This document shows, piece by piece, positions 1 through 13,111 of a stretch of 64,000 nt of DNA. The stretch is from Psammoneis japonica (Eukaryota): the NCBI GenBank assembly GCA_008632985.1, contig QPGO01000160.1, positions 62,001 to 126,000 on the forward strand, read 5' to 3'. The notes below the pieces were generated by a model. The model was not told the origin of the DNA. It searched no databases and saw nothing but the letters and a program-made list of their open reading frames with translations. Position 1 is the stretch's first letter. The number at the start of each line of letters is the position of its first letter. The position numbers were made by a program, and so were the translations under genes.

Positions 1-280
1 GATAGGCCTTGTTGAATTTATGAGTGGTCCAGAGTGTTGCAACCGGACGCACGCCGAGAAACAACACGTTCAACATCAACACGATTCCCACAGCGGTGAT
101 GAAATTGAAAATTGCTACGTCAATATCACCCGTGCCCCCTTTTAAGCACTTCACACCAATCCAAATGTATACAATGGTCCACAAGAAGAGAATTACGAGA
201 AATTGGCACCTTGTAGTACTCCTGTAGCAGAATAACAGGCTGCTGCACCATGATGATTCGAAGTTGTCAAGTCCCGGCAT
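1..280 (-). CDS. Partial membrane protein of unknown function, runs off the window start
   Basis: Open frame from ATG (cat 278-280): MPGLDNFESSWCSS...CQFLVILFLWTIVYIWIGVKC...AIFNFITAVGIVLMLNVLFLGV, with two hydrophobic segments. Head-to-head with the next gene. Confidence 0.5.
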   Translation of the reverse strand, partial: MPGLDNFESSWCSSLLFCYRSTTRCQFLVILFLWTIVYIWIGVKCLKGGTGDIDVAIFNFITAVGIVLMLNVLFLGVRPVATLWTTHKFNKAY

Positions 281-589
281 GCTTTTACCCGTGTTTGTTT
301 CGAAATATCACAGTGTATATTCGATTATCTGATACAGAAAGGGGTACAAGACTGAGTAAGTAATAACAAATAAGCTTGTTACTCTTGCTATAAAGAAAAG
401 TAGCAACAACAACGACAACAACACACACTCTCTAACTGCAGGAGTTCTCAGATTTTTGCGTTGGAGGGAAGTCTGATGGCTTTAGTACGGAGAGCTACGT
501 AGTTTCTACGTGACCGCTCTGTCACTCACCATATTATTCAACGCAACACTTGCTATTGTGCCTGCAACAACAACGATCAGCAACATATT

Positions 590-3500
590 ATGTTGTCAGA
601 CGAACCCCTTGAGGAAAAATGGCTCAAGCATGACGCCTCTCGACAAACTACTACAGGAGATGCTGGAGTTACATTTGCAAGGAGCGACACGTCGAGTAAA
701 AACAATTTAACGCAACAACAGTCTTTAGCAGAAACCCATCAGAGAAAAGAAAAAGCGGAAGACGACACAGAAGAGTCGTCCTCGGGTGATGATGATCTCA
801 ACAACATGGATGTTCCTCTCTTCAAGTATGCTCGTCTCGTCGGCAGTCTTCCTCGTCGTAGCGCTCAAGACAGTACCGTGAGCGGTTCCAACAATTACTT
901 TAGCGACCCCTGCACGTGCAGTGCCATGGCGTGTGTCGTGTTGCCTCCTCCATTCGATAATTATGGAGGTTTGTCATCTTCAAAATCGGATGGAATGGAT
1001 TTGAATAGTAACAGTATGGATTCTGCAGCAGCTGCAGCAGAAAACACGGCTGCTCTGGTTCAGCCACCCTTTTACAATATAATCGCCATGGGATTCGAGA
1101 CGGGTAAAGTGTATGTTACGGATGCGACAACGGGAATATCGGTAGTCACGGAGCAACTAATTGTGCACAATATCGTTTCTAAAGAAGCACCGATTGTGGA
1201 CTTGTCCTTTGATGCGAGTGGAACGCACTTGGCAGCCGTGAATCAAATGGGACTTGTGGCAATCTGGGACTTTAAATTTCAAACGGTTGCACCCAATCCA
1301 CTCCAGAGAGATCGCGGCGGCTCGCTATTATCCACGGCGGTTGCGGCTCTCTCGACTTGTTCTATTCAAGCATCGCGAATGCCCTATCCCGCCTCGTTTG
1401 GTCCACCCACATGTCTCAAGCTGGATCCCGCGTACAAGAAACGCCGTGAAAAGGCCGTCTTGGTTGGGTTTGCCGATGGCCGTCTCGTGTTGACCAAGCG
1501 TAGTTTCATCATGTTTGGACGACGCACCGACTCGGTCATTTATCAATCTCCTACAACGAAAAGTGGTGTCGGAGGCATTGAGGCCTTGGCATGGCGTGGT
1601 TCTCTCATTTCGTGGGCCGATTTCAGTGGAATCAAACTGTTTGATGTCGAGTCCATGGCACGGATCGCTCATGTGGACCGTCCAAGTGGTGCACGGCTTT
1701 CTCTGTATCCGACACTTTCGTCCTTGAGTCCGAGTCTTTTGTTTGAAACGTCGGAATCCTTTTTGATTGGGTGGGGCGATTGTGTTATGGCCATGACCAT
1801 CAAGGGAACCAATAATGGCGGAGGAGCCGTAGTGGAGGATACCGCAGCCGTAATGAGTGGTGGCGATGCGCTGCAGCTGCAGCAGCAACCAAGTCACTGA
1901 GAAAGGTAGAGTGTACCATGGCGTGGGAACTGGACTGTGTCGCGTGTGGCGTAGTGCCGCTCGACAAGGATCACTTGATTGTGTTGGGTTTGTGTGTACC
2001 CGACGAAGCATCACGGGACCAAAGAGACAGCGACGACAACGATGACGACAATGTGGAACCAGGACGAGTCAGTCTAGTGTCGCCTACGTTACAACATCCA
2101 AACAATGAAAACGATTTGGAGGTTCACGTCATTTCACGGTCTCAGGGTACGATTGTACACTGCGATTCGCTTGCGCTGTTGAAATCGCATCGTGACGCTA
2201 CAAAATTGGGAGAGTCGGCATCTGGCACGGCCATCATGTCGTCTTTTGCCTTGCCGAGAATGAATGATGCCATTGAGCTCGAAGAGGAAGGTCCTCTTGA
2301 CGAAGAGGAAGACTTTGATTTTGAGGTGTCGCTCTTTCAGTCGTCGTCCAGTACCAGCCAAAAGAGAGAATTCAAGGATCCGCATTTGAAATGGGATTTG
2401 ACCGACCTTGCGTTTGAACGGGAGGAAGCTGTTGATGGCAAGGAGAAATCTTTACAAGTGTTTGGTGCTGTGGATGACACAAGCCAAGATGAGGACGACG
2501 ATGCATGCAGTGTTGCTAGCGACGATTATGAGTTTCTGTTTCGTCCTTCAAGCTGCGCGCCCATGGAATCAAAAAATGGCCCGCAAGGCTACCCACCCAT
2601 TATGGTGATTCATTCGCAATCTGATGCGGTACTTGTTCGCACAAGAGATATTGACGATGCCATCTCACAAGCCCTTTCGGATGGCAAGCATGCGACGGCT
2701 CTTCGATTAGGCTTGAGATGCAAACGAGACTTGCGCAGACATAGTATTGTCGATTTGATCAACGGATACCTTGGAGCCCTACTGCGTTTACCCAAGGAAT
2801 CCCCCCGTGATGTGCCAACTGCCCCCAGCGACTTGTCAGTTCGTAGACTGCAACTTGCCGTAAAGACTCTACCGATTCTATTGGGTGGTGATGCCAGACG
2901 TTGGGAAGAGTGGACGTCTGTCTTTGCGGAGATTCCGGGGGCGCTCTTTGTATTGAAGAATCGTCTTCCAGTTCGCGGTAAGCTTTGAATTTTGTGCTGT
3001 TCTGATTTTCATCTTGCCTTTCTCTGACACTTCTTTTTCACTTGTTGCATCTTTGCAGATCCAAAACTCACACCTCATACCTATCAAAAAGTACTCGAGA
3101 CGATGCTACTCGAGATTGAAAGGATGGAAGCCGAGCAGGATGACTATCACCAGGCTAAAGACCATTTTCTCAGCGCCCTTTATGCATGGGGACCTTTAGC
3201 AGCACTTCGAGATCACATCAAGTGCTTTGCATACACCGACCGCCATATGCTGGTAGCCCAAGCGGAGAGTTTTCATCCCCACCCTAGGCTGGACGAAGCG
3301 GAAGCTTCTCTTCTTCGGCGTCTGCACCAAAGTGCTGTGGGTTTTCTCGAGCTTCATGAACCGTCAGTGAACTCAACAAATGTAGACGCTCCAATTGAGG
3401 CTACCGCTTCCTTGTCGGACGAGTATTCAGGCTCGTTAATCGGCGTTGATGCACTCTTGTCAAGCTTCTTGCAACGCACGAAGCTTGGTCAATTGGATGG

Positions 3501-5081
3501 AGGAACGACAGAGGAAGTAGAAGCCATCGGCAGTCACGTCGCTCTTGAGGCTTTGGCAGAGCTCCATTGGATGAAGGAGCAGTATGATTTAGCTCTGCGA
3601 TACTTCTTACTGATTGGCTGCTTTCACGCTGTTCCAGAACTCGCGATATTAGAAGACGCGGCGGAAGCAGCCGTTCATCGTGCTGGAGACGCCCAACTCC
3701 GCGGAAGTACCGACCGACGAAACGCTCACGTACTTGCAATGATTGACGCGCATCACGTGCATGGCTACCTACTCAAAGAGAGTTTTATGCGGTCGGAATC
3801 CAAGGATCTGCATGAAGACGATGAAACTCGGCAAATATTGGAGTTTCTTCCTCCTCTTGTGTCATTGATTCGGATTGTCGGACTTGATTTAGCTGGAGAT
3901 TTTCTTGTGGAGCACTGTGTTCACGCTGTTGGTGGCACCTCACGTCGCTATGGCGACTCGACATTCCCGGTGAATGAAATCGCAAACCAGCTGACTGGGT
4001 ACCCTAAACTCTTGTATTGGTTTCTGCATTTAATATTTGAAAGAAAACCTGAAGTATATGTCAAGTTTCCCAACACAGCGATACCGCCTTCCGAAATCCG
4101 TGAGCTTCATCGGACTCATTTGGATCTTTACGTTCGTTTCGGAGGCGATGCCAAAGACTCGGCAAAGTTTGTTGCGGGGCAGGGACGAAATCTGAGCGAC
4201 GCGAGTACTCCACTGCTGAGATTCTTGAAGGTATGACTACGCGCATCTTGTTTCCTGATACTGTGTTTTTGTACTAAGCCTTTTTTTGCCTTTTCTCGAT
4301 TGTTCAGTCTGTCTTACCACTCGGTAGCATCCGTGCAGATGAAGTAAAGCGAGTCCTGGAAGCACACCGACTAGGAAAGGAGGATCCATCTGTTGTGGAT
4401 ACTAAAGAGGAGGTAAAGTTTCCCCATTACTTTGCGTTGGAGATCGCTTATGTTGCTGAGCACTATGGAAGTGTAAATAGTGAAGAAGAAGCAAAGTCTA
4501 TTCTTGAGCTCTACCTCAAGGGCACAGAGTCGGTGACCTTGGCTGCCTTCTACGCGGAACGCAATACCAAGCATTCATCTATGCTATGGGGAGAGCTGCT
4601 CGACCGATGCCTAGATCGGAAAGCTCGTTCCACAACGGATGGGGCGAACGCTGGAAAAATCGATGGAAAGTTGTTTGGGTCATTGCTTGAGGCCGCTGCC
4701 TTGAGCGGAGCCGATCTATCTCATTTAGTCAGTGAAATCCCTCAGGGCATGCATATTGAAGGTCTCCGCCCGAGGCTTGTGGAAGCCGTATCTGATTATC
4801 GATTGAAGTTGCAAATGCACCAAGCGGCCTCGAATATTCTTGCGCAAGAGAAGATTAATCTGCTGCGTGAACTTGGACATAGATCGAGACGAGGGACTCG
4901 CGTGCACGATGTGCAGGAGACATACAAGAAGAACAACGAAGAAACTGAAGGATCGTACCACAGAAGAAATGCAACAAAAGACGAGCATTCCGACAAACCT
5001 GATCTGAGCAATCTAGCGCCGAATCGACCAACCCAACGGCTTAGTCGGCGTCGTCCTTCTTTCGCACTTCCAGTTCGATAG
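590..5081 (+). CDS. VPS41: Vps41-like HOPS subunit (WD40 propeller plus helical repeats)
   Basis: PLFKYARL start, WD40-like segments (IVDLSFDASGTHLAA, IEALAWRGSLISWAD), MAWELDC, and C-terminal LWGELL / IPQGMHIEGLR..L..AVSDY motifs. Introns 2978-3058 and 4231-4307 join the ORFs in frame. One apparent frameshift near 1895. Confidence 0.75.
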
Positions 5082-5731
5082 GGTTAGAAAAAGTGAGCTC
5101 TCATGGCGAGGGGCTTTCTTGCCATGCCTACAACTTGTATCACTATAGTCGCCACTTGAAATTCATTCCAACAACGTTTTCAATCAATGTAGTCTTCCAT
5201 CTAGAGAGCTGGTTTCGCCGCATGGTAAGGAATACAATCAAGCGCAAACACTAATGCATCCAGGAGAGACACATTACTTTGTCACAGAAAGGATATTAGT
5301 CTCTGCGGTGAGCAATTATATATAAGGCCACTCTCTAGAGTAGAGCAGCCCTCTAAGAGAGGCCCCTTATGAATATGGTACAATGTCATGGGGCCCTACC
5401 GCCCGGCATCTGACGCGACCGGCATTGTCTTCAAGGAATCCGTGAATGGATGGACGGATGGACGGACGAAAAAGTTTGAAAGTACAGCCGCCTCGTCATG
5501 AAAACAACCCATCTCGCATTCGCGGCGCTGACGTATTTTGGAATTTTGGAATTTTTCATTTTGGATTTGCGTCTGCAGGTTGACCATGGCGATCAGAAGA
5601 AAGAGCTACTTTTGCCGACAATAGTCTCGTCCCTCTCTATAAAAACAGATGAAATGATTTGCAGACATTGCCTTACAAGTTTACTCTCAATTTTTGAATG
5701 AGACGAAACACAAAACAATTCAAACCAAAAA

Positions 5732-7036
5732 ATGAAAGCCGGGAGCTGTTCTTTCCCGTCAAACAAACGGATCTTCTTGTTTTGCGTTCCGGCCATTGTT
5801 TTCTTGACACTAAACGCCTACCTCCAAACGCCTCAATGGTTATATAATCAAAGAAGCATCAATAAGTTGTCCCTTTATGATCAAACAATAGAAATGTCCA
5901 AGAACGTACAACGGTCTTGGTTTGTTGAGAAGGAAAATAATACCGAACACACAACTGCTGCAGAGCTTGCACCGGCGCAAATCCTTTTGACTACTTATGG
6001 CTGGAATCAGAAAAATCAGGCAAAGGGAATCAAGGAACCTCGAGGCGTGTACGCTCGGGAGCTGTTGCAGGGTGTGATTGATCATGCATGGTTTCATCCT
6101 ACGGCATGGGAAAACCCAAACGAATGGCAATACAATTTGAGATATTATGTTTTTCTGGATATTGACACGTGCTTGGAATACAATTATCCCTTGTATGGAG
6201 CGGGCTTTATGAAGAATTCGGATGTTGCCATGGGTCGAAAGACTAACATTCTAAGGAATCTTCCGTGTCGACACTTGCGCTTTTGTGAACCCATTCAAAC
6301 GGCACTTTCGAGTCCCCTCTTTGCCCAAGGATACAATGCTACACTCGTAGTTCCCGAATGCTATGGTTGGGGTATCGACCCTCTCTATCGCAAGGACTAT
6401 GTCAATGATAGTCGACTTTCGTTGGTATCCATTAGTTCTACACCTTCGAAACTTCAAATGCAGGTGGATCAGGGATTGGTGCCACCCAGCTCCAACACGT
6501 TAAACCTGACTGTGGCACAACGACTGGCTATTCAGCAATGTGACGATTCGGAACGTGATATTCTACTCAGTTTTGTGGGAAGCTTTCGAAACATGCCTTT
6601 GCGACTAGGTCTTCGGCAGTTTCATAACAACAAGGACGTTCTAGTGGTGAACCAAACGCAATTGTCCGAGTACAATCTCACGTATGCAGACTCGTTGACA
6701 AGAGCTCGTTTTGTCGCGTGTCCTCGTGGGGAAGGTCTCTTTTCATACCGATTTACAGAAGTCATGAGTGCCGGAGCGATACCCGTCGTGTTGGCTAATG
6801 ATTGGGTACTGCCCTTTCGACCCGAGTTGGTGGACTGGCCTACAGAATGCGCCGTGATTATACGGGAAGAAAACGTTTCGTCCGTTATGAATGTGTTGAA
6901 CTCCTTTACTCCAAAGGATGTCTGCAGTCGTCGACAGCGCTGTTTTGATATTTACGAAAGGTACATGAGAAGCGGAAAACATATCATTGCTGGCATCATT
7001 GAAGGTTTGGAGCGACGAATGATTGCGCGGTATTAA
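5732..7036 (+). CDS. Exostosin family glycosyltransferase (GT47), type II membrane protein
   Basis: N-terminal TM anchor; LLSFVGS and FVACPRGEGLFSYRFTEVMSAGAIPVVLANDWVLPF GT47 signature. Confidence 0.85.
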   Translation: MKAGSCSFPSNKRIFLFCVPAIVFLTLNAYLQTPQWLYNQRSINKLSLYDQTIEMSKNVQRSWFVEKENNTEHTTAAELAPAQILLTTYGWNQKNQAKGIKEPRGVYARELLQGVIDHAWFHPTAWENPNEWQYNLRYYVFLDIDTCLEYNYPLYGAGFMKNSDVAMGRKTNILRNLPCRHLRFCEPIQTALSSPLFAQGYNATLVVPECYGWGIDPLYRKDYVNDSRLSLVSISSTPSKLQMQVDQGLVPPSSNTLNLTVAQRLAIQQCDDSERDILLSFVGSFRNMPLRLGLRQFHNNKDVLVVNQTQLSEYNLTYADSLTRARFVACPRGEGLFSYRFTEVMSAGAIPVVLANDWVLPFRPELVDWPTECAVIIREENVSSVMNVLNSFTPKDVCSRRQRCFDIYERYMRSGKHIIAGIIEGLERRMIARY

Positions 7037-7779
7037 CGGTCGCAGTCCAGTCCGTAGAGACGTGGGTGGTCAGAGCGCACGATGGGCTCTTTCAAGGGAT
7101 GGGACTGTGACCTGGTAGTCGGTGATCCGTGTTTCTCGAAACTGTTGTATCGAACTGGAAAACCCTAGAGCCTCAACATGGCATTATGGTCAGTTGTCTC
7201 GGAGTCCGCAAGGAGACTGACAACATCGCTCGACCTTTGCGTGCGTCGACTTGGCAAAACAACGAATCAAGGGCTGACAAGTCGCGTCAAAATGTAACAT
7301 ATGCGTGACTTACATATGCCAGGCCTGCAAACAGTTTCAAACGGAACGTTGCGTGTCGCAGTGAGAGTGTACAGTAGACAATCTTTTGGTAGGGCCCTAC
7401 TCTAGGACTACCTCTCTATGCTCTAGAGTAGAGAGTCTAATCTCTCTCTACCAGGTATTTCCTTTGATGCACCTGACGACGTACGTACGAAAGACACGCT
7501 CAAATCTTTTTTTCTCAATCCAAATTGAAAATTCCCAAAAATCTGGAATCAACCCAAAAATAAACACAACAGAAGAAGAGCAATAGATTGCACCTCTACC
7601 GGTATTTAGAGAGTAGATACCACTTCCCATTCTCATCTTCTTTCTGTTGTTGTTTCCCCCCTCAGCTCTCTTCCTCTCTTATTGTTCTTCTGAAGCACCC
7701 AAAAGTTGCCTTTGGTTTCAGCACAGTGTTGTGCACATAGCAGTTTTGTGCTTCATCAAACTCAGTAGCAAACGTCAGC

Positions 7780-9107
7780 ATGTACATTTTAAACTTTATC
7801 ATCCGTCTCTTCCAAGAAACTGGCAGAACTGCGACGTCCGCTTGCAGGTCTTCGTTGAGAACGGAAGAAGGCGAACCTCTGGTTGCCATGGATGAGCAAG
7901 GTCGAGAGTATACCGGACGTCGAGGCAGCACAGCGGCGAGACGCCAGAGTGGCATTGTGTTGGGCTTGACGTCGGAATACAAGACCTTTTGGGAAACACG
8001 CCAAGCGACCCGTCAATGTCTGATATTCCTGAGCCTATACATTCTGCTTGCGGTCCTTGGTTATTCATATATTTTTGAGAATTGGCCCATTTCCGACTCG
8101 ATCTATTTCGCTGCTGTTATTTTTACTACCGTGGGTAAGTCAAAAGAAGCAAAAAAGGAAACGAGATGCAAATTTTGTAGGGGCCTCTCTCATTCCAAAC
8201 AATCTCGACAATGATCTCTTCAGGGTATGGAGATCTTTCGCCCACCAATGACATGTCTCGAATTTTCACAATTACGTTTGCCTTGTACGGAATTGTAATC
8301 TTGGGCATATTTCTTGGTTTTGTTGGTGAATTCATTATCCAAAAACAGGAAGAAAATATCCAGAATCGACTCGCCAACTGCCGCGTAAAAGTTATGGAAC
8401 AGTTCTCAACAGAGGACAGTGGTGAGCCGCCCGTGAAACGCTCCTTTGCAAACGATTTGTGGGTGATTTGTAGGGCGGAGCTGCCAATCGTCCTCTTGTT
8501 GATATCCATTGCAGCCCCGATTATCTACCTGGAAGAATGGTGGGAAGATCCCATTTTGGGAGTTTATTGGATGTTTATTACAGGCAGTACGATTGGATTC
8601 GGAGATTTAGGTCCTACTCAAGCACTGGTAGGTCGGAATAGTCATTGTTGCTGAAATGACCGGCAAAACAATAATTCTTCCTCTTCCCCTTGTCCTCACC
8701 TACTCCAACAGACTCGAGTGTTGTGTATATTGTGGATCCCACTTTCTGTTGCAGTAATGGGGGAGATCCTGGGAAGAGTAGCAGGGGCCTACATTGAGCG
8801 ACGTAATGATGAGGTCGAAGAAACCTTCATGAAGCGTGCCATGACTCTTGGAGACCTGGACGCCATGGATACGGATCGTGACGGTGAAGTGTCCTCTGGT
8901 GAGTTCCTTAGCTACATGCTGGTTGCCATGCAAAAAGTAGACAAGGAAGATATCGATGAAGTTATGGACCTGTTTCGAAAACTCGACAAGTCCAAGACAG
9001 GCGTTATCAGCACGGCGGATTTGAAGGACCAATATCAACTCAACGTGCAGCCTGGGATAACTGTTTCTGCTGCCACAAATGAAATTACTTTGGAGAAAAA
9101 AGAGTAG
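7780..9107 (+). CDS. Two-pore K+ channel (TPK/KCO-like) with C-terminal EF-hands
   Basis: Introns 8135-8223 and 8628-8711. Pore motifs TTVGYGD (across splice) and STIGFGD; EF-hand loops DTDRDGEVSSGE and DKSKTGVISTAD. Confidence 0.9.
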
Positions 9108-9935
9108 GTTTCCATTCGTTCTGAGATAACCGATACCATTTCCATGCTTTCATTCCTTTTCCTCCTCATTATCGTTCTAGGTTATAAAGTTTGAAATCAA
9201 ATAATCCCCTACCATAATGTTTCCAACATACTATTTGTCAAAACAAGATTCTTTATCTCACGTACGCGTTAGATTGGAGCTTGGGTCACGCATAGCAGTT
9301 GCGCTCTTAGAAAGCCTGGTAATTAAAACGCTCACGGTGAACCCTAACCAGGATGTGTTTGTCAAGAAAGAGATGCTTGCGAAATAGGTGCTTGCACGCA
9401 AGTGCATCATGTTCCAAGTGCTGAAAGCATCGGTTCCAGCCAGATGCTAGACTCTGATTCCAAACAGCTACAAACTCAAGCTTGACATGGCGCAACGCCA
9501 TTGAACTTAACGTGTGCTCGAGTTTAGCAAAGTCGAAAACAGCTGAATTGAACAAGTCACCATTCCAAATTGATACCTCCCTGCATCCACAATGGAATGA
9601 AGAAAACACTCCCGCAAAGATGTTCAATATCGTAGATGTATCCGTGCATATTCAAGTAGTATGTTGACAGTGCACAAATCTGACATGATAGTGGGACGGA
9701 TAACGATTCCACAAACGCATTTTGAGTCAAGCTTGACAGGCCGCCAGGCCAAGCCGTCCTGAGAAATGCGTTCATTATAAGTACCATAAAAGGGAGAGAA
9801 AAAGGCAAAAACACATTGGACTTTTTGTGGCAGATCCCAAGAATGACTCCAGGTTTGTGGTCTGGGTCGTAGGAATAGTCTCCTCGTCGTCTCTGCGCCG
9901 TGCAACTGGCGTGACGACGAGAGAGTATGATGGAT

Positions 9936-10562
9936 TCAATCGGTCGCAGATCCAGTAATCACCGAGAGGCGATTTATCTCTGGCAGGTATATGGTAAACA
10001 AAAAGACTCCCCACCATTCCAGACCGTCCTCAAAGTAACTGGATACTTGATCTAGTTCTGGTGAAGCCCAACATTGAATATCCGCTTCAAGCGATTCGGG
10101 AAGAATAACTGCCACAACTTGGTTAAACATTTGTTGGATATGTTTGGGACTTGCACGAATGCCATAGGGAGCCGTTGAAAACCCATAAGCAAATTGTCCA
10201 CCTGCATTGGGAGTATCTGGTATTTCTCCCGATCCACCGACAATCTTGAGACCCTGCAAATCAATCAACTTTGGATTCAACAATGTCCGCTTGTCTTGTG
10301 TAGTTTTGGTCCCACGATGAATCAATAATTTCGTTTTCTCATCATAGGAATCACCAAAAAATGTAGATTTATCAATACCCCGACTCGACAATTGATTCAT
10401 TTTTCCCTTGTTGACGTGCTCTGGAATAGAGCGAGCAATGGCATCCATCAGAAACCCAGGCTTCTTGTGATCGCTCTGTGAAACTTCGTCCCAAACATGA
10501 AACTCTAAAATCCCATTGGCACGAGCATATGCGGTAAAGACTGGCGCATAGAACGGCTTCAT
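9936..10562 (-). CDS. Hypothetical protein ending ...YFEDGLEWWGVFLFTIY...VITGSATD
   Basis: Intronless 208-aa ORF with normal composition. The C-terminus resembles an uncharacterised bacterial family as recalled (not searched). Confidence 0.6.
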   Translation of the reverse strand: MKPFYAPVFTAYARANGILEFHVWDEVSQSDHKKPGFLMDAIARSIPEHVNKGKMNQLSSRGIDKSTFFGDSYDEKTKLLIHRGTKTTQDKRTLLNPKLIDLQGLKIVGGSGEIPDTPNAGGQFAYGFSTAPYGIRASPKHIQQMFNQVVAVILPESLEADIQCWASPELDQVSSYFEDGLEWWGVFLFTIYLPEINRLSVITGSATD

Positions 10563-10964
10563 ATCAAAGATGAGGAAGACTTGTTATGATGGATAATGTT
10601 ATACTGAAGCTCCTTTCGTAAGAGTTCGAGATTCGAGATGTTGTCACTCCAAATCCGCCGCCATTGCGGAGCACTACGAACTATTATTGGTTAGGGAAGG
10701 AGGGACAGACTCGGGGCAATGGCGGAACTGAGTCATGTAGGTAGGAAAAGGGATGGATTTCGAGTTGGGGTTTGATGTTTGCGATTGTAGTTTGGTGGAG
10801 TAGCGGGTTAGTTGGTCAGCGAGCGATTTGGTAATCGCGAGGCTCAGGCTCTTTAGACCCCATTGTGACGGTGTTGAGGAGTGGTGGGTTGGGCCAAAGC
10901 GTTTTTTCCTGAGCGCGCAATAAGCTTGCGTGCTGTCAACGCAAGAGGAGCGGTGGTGTGCTGG

Positions 10965-12710
10965 AACATGTGTGGGGTGTTTTACAAAGGTGAGATGAGT
11001 GACAGCATCAAAGTTCAGATCAAAACCTTCATTTGAATGAAGAAGCTGATGGCGCAAGTGCCATGAATGACACCAGTGGACCCATTTTGGAAACTTGGCG
11101 GGCTGGGCTGCATTGGGAAATGTGCGATGTGTGTCTCACCTGAGCTGCCATGTTTGAAAACATCCAAGCAAACAAAAGCATTTCATTTTGATTGAGAAAT
11201 GGCAGCAATTCATCAACCCTTTTTAGAGTGGCCTGCCAGAGAGAGATGAAGAAAAACCCAGCAGCCAAGTCGTTTTGTTGTCAGCTGTTGCCCACAGTTT
11301 CGTTGATTTGCTGCCACACATCACACTTGGAGTGCATCAGATCAAACAGCATGGTTGCAATGAATGAGGTTGCCAATCTTGAACAAGTTGATCACCTGAT
11401 TTTCAATGCCTCCTGAAAAGTGCAGGAAGGCTGCACACAATTTTGTGTTTTCCAGAAAACTGCAACATCCAAGCAGGAGCAAGTCAAGTGAAGCGGCTCA
11501 ATTTTTGCAAGCCACTCTGGTTGGCACTGTTGTCATTGTTGCTGCATCGCAGTTGACATGCTGTTTTGTTTCTCACACTGCTGGATGTGTTGCTGTTCAC
11601 CCTGGTGCAGGTGTTCTGTGCAGATGACATCAAAGACTTTGCCAATGTGATGGCCATGACACACCAGAAGCTGAGCCAGCCAAATCAAGTGACAGCAGGT
11701 GCGTTTTGTTGGACTCAGAAAAGCAATGGCCAAATGTGTGCAGCTCACTGAAGTTGCAACAAATGGCAAAAGAGTTGCAGCAAACACAGCGCGATTGTGT
11801 GCAACAAGGCACAGAATTGTCAGCACTGTTGTGCTGGTTGATGCCGCAGCTTCGCAAACAGAAAATCCACCCTGCAACGACATGATTGCTGCTTTGCCGT
11901 CCAATTTTTTTCTGCAGGTCCTCAATTTTCACAACCACAAAGTGGTTCTCTCATTTGACTCACACACAGAATGGCAGCAAAGGAGCACCAACTTTTTCAC
12001 CAACCACCACGGTGCAGAAAGAAAGCAAGAAAGAAGGCGCAGGAAAAGGTCGCAGACTTTCGTGGGGAAAATGTCATCACAGGGATGGAATGTCATGCCA
12101 GGTGGGCAGGACAGCCATGCAAATTTTTGACTTTAAAAGCAGCTGTCTGTAGCACCTCTGAGCTGAGAGGGTGAAAGGTTGCTTTGTGCCATGATGCCTT
12201 GAGAACAAGAAGAGCACAAATTGCTTTTTCAGAATTTTCTCTGAGGGATTTTCCTTTTTCAAAGTTGGTGCCATGTTGGTTCACAAAACACAACAACTGA
12301 GTGTCCAGCACATCAACAAAATGAAAGGTGCTTGTCCAAGGCCTTGGGTGCATGTCTTTTGTGGTTCTCTTTGTCTTGAGCCGAGCAACAACAAAAGCGC
12401 GCTGCTGGCTGGCCTGGGCATCACATCTTCACAAAATGGCTGGGTTTTGACAACAGAGTGTGGTTTGCAAAATCAACAGCACTTTTTGTGCAGTCTGTCT
12501 CACAGTTTTGTGGGCTGTTGCAAAAGCCAACCACTCAAGCTGCCGAGTGCTGCAATCTCGCCATTGCTCAGCGCGCTGATCCTGGTGGAAAACCCTTCTT
12601 CACACCAGACTGTTGGGGCTTGGAGATGAGTTGATCTGTGCATCACTGATGACTCTGCAGCCCCAATGTGGGGAGACAACAAGCACCTGAATGCCTGGAA
12701 GTTGGGCCTG
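10965..12710. other. TpA- and CpG-depleted, TG/CA-rich degenerate domain (probable decayed element or gene)
   Basis: Only about 4 TpA in ~1.75 kb by eye. Six-frame ORFs are Cys/His-rich and Tyr-free; no family recognised. Confidence 0.7.
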
Positions 12711-13111
12711 TAAAAAGTTGTGCTTCAAGGCAGGGTCAGGGTCGTCGCATGCTGGTGCCATGCTTCTTGGCTAGCTGGTGGCCTGGAAGACGCCGCTTCG
12801 CTTGGTCGTTACCGGTACATACCGTAGACATTTTTTGATTTTTTCGAAGAAGTTTTCGGACAGAACTTATTACGGTAATACGTTGAAAAATGCCAAAATC
12901 GAAAAATTGACGCGAAAAACTGCGCACACTGAAAATTTCAAAAATTGGACAGCGCACGCACAATGAGGTGCGTTGTGTCGTCAGCACCACTTCCCCGATG
13001 ATTGATGCTGCATTGCTAGCTAGCTAGAGGTAACTCTCATCACTGACGACAGTTCCAATACGTTTACTGTATAACAGTGCAGTATTGCGCTCAACGAACA
13101 CAAAAAGCACA

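Noticed and set aside
9307..9905. Possible minus-strand gene
   Set aside because: Fragmented ORFs with no recognisable motif or supportable exon model.
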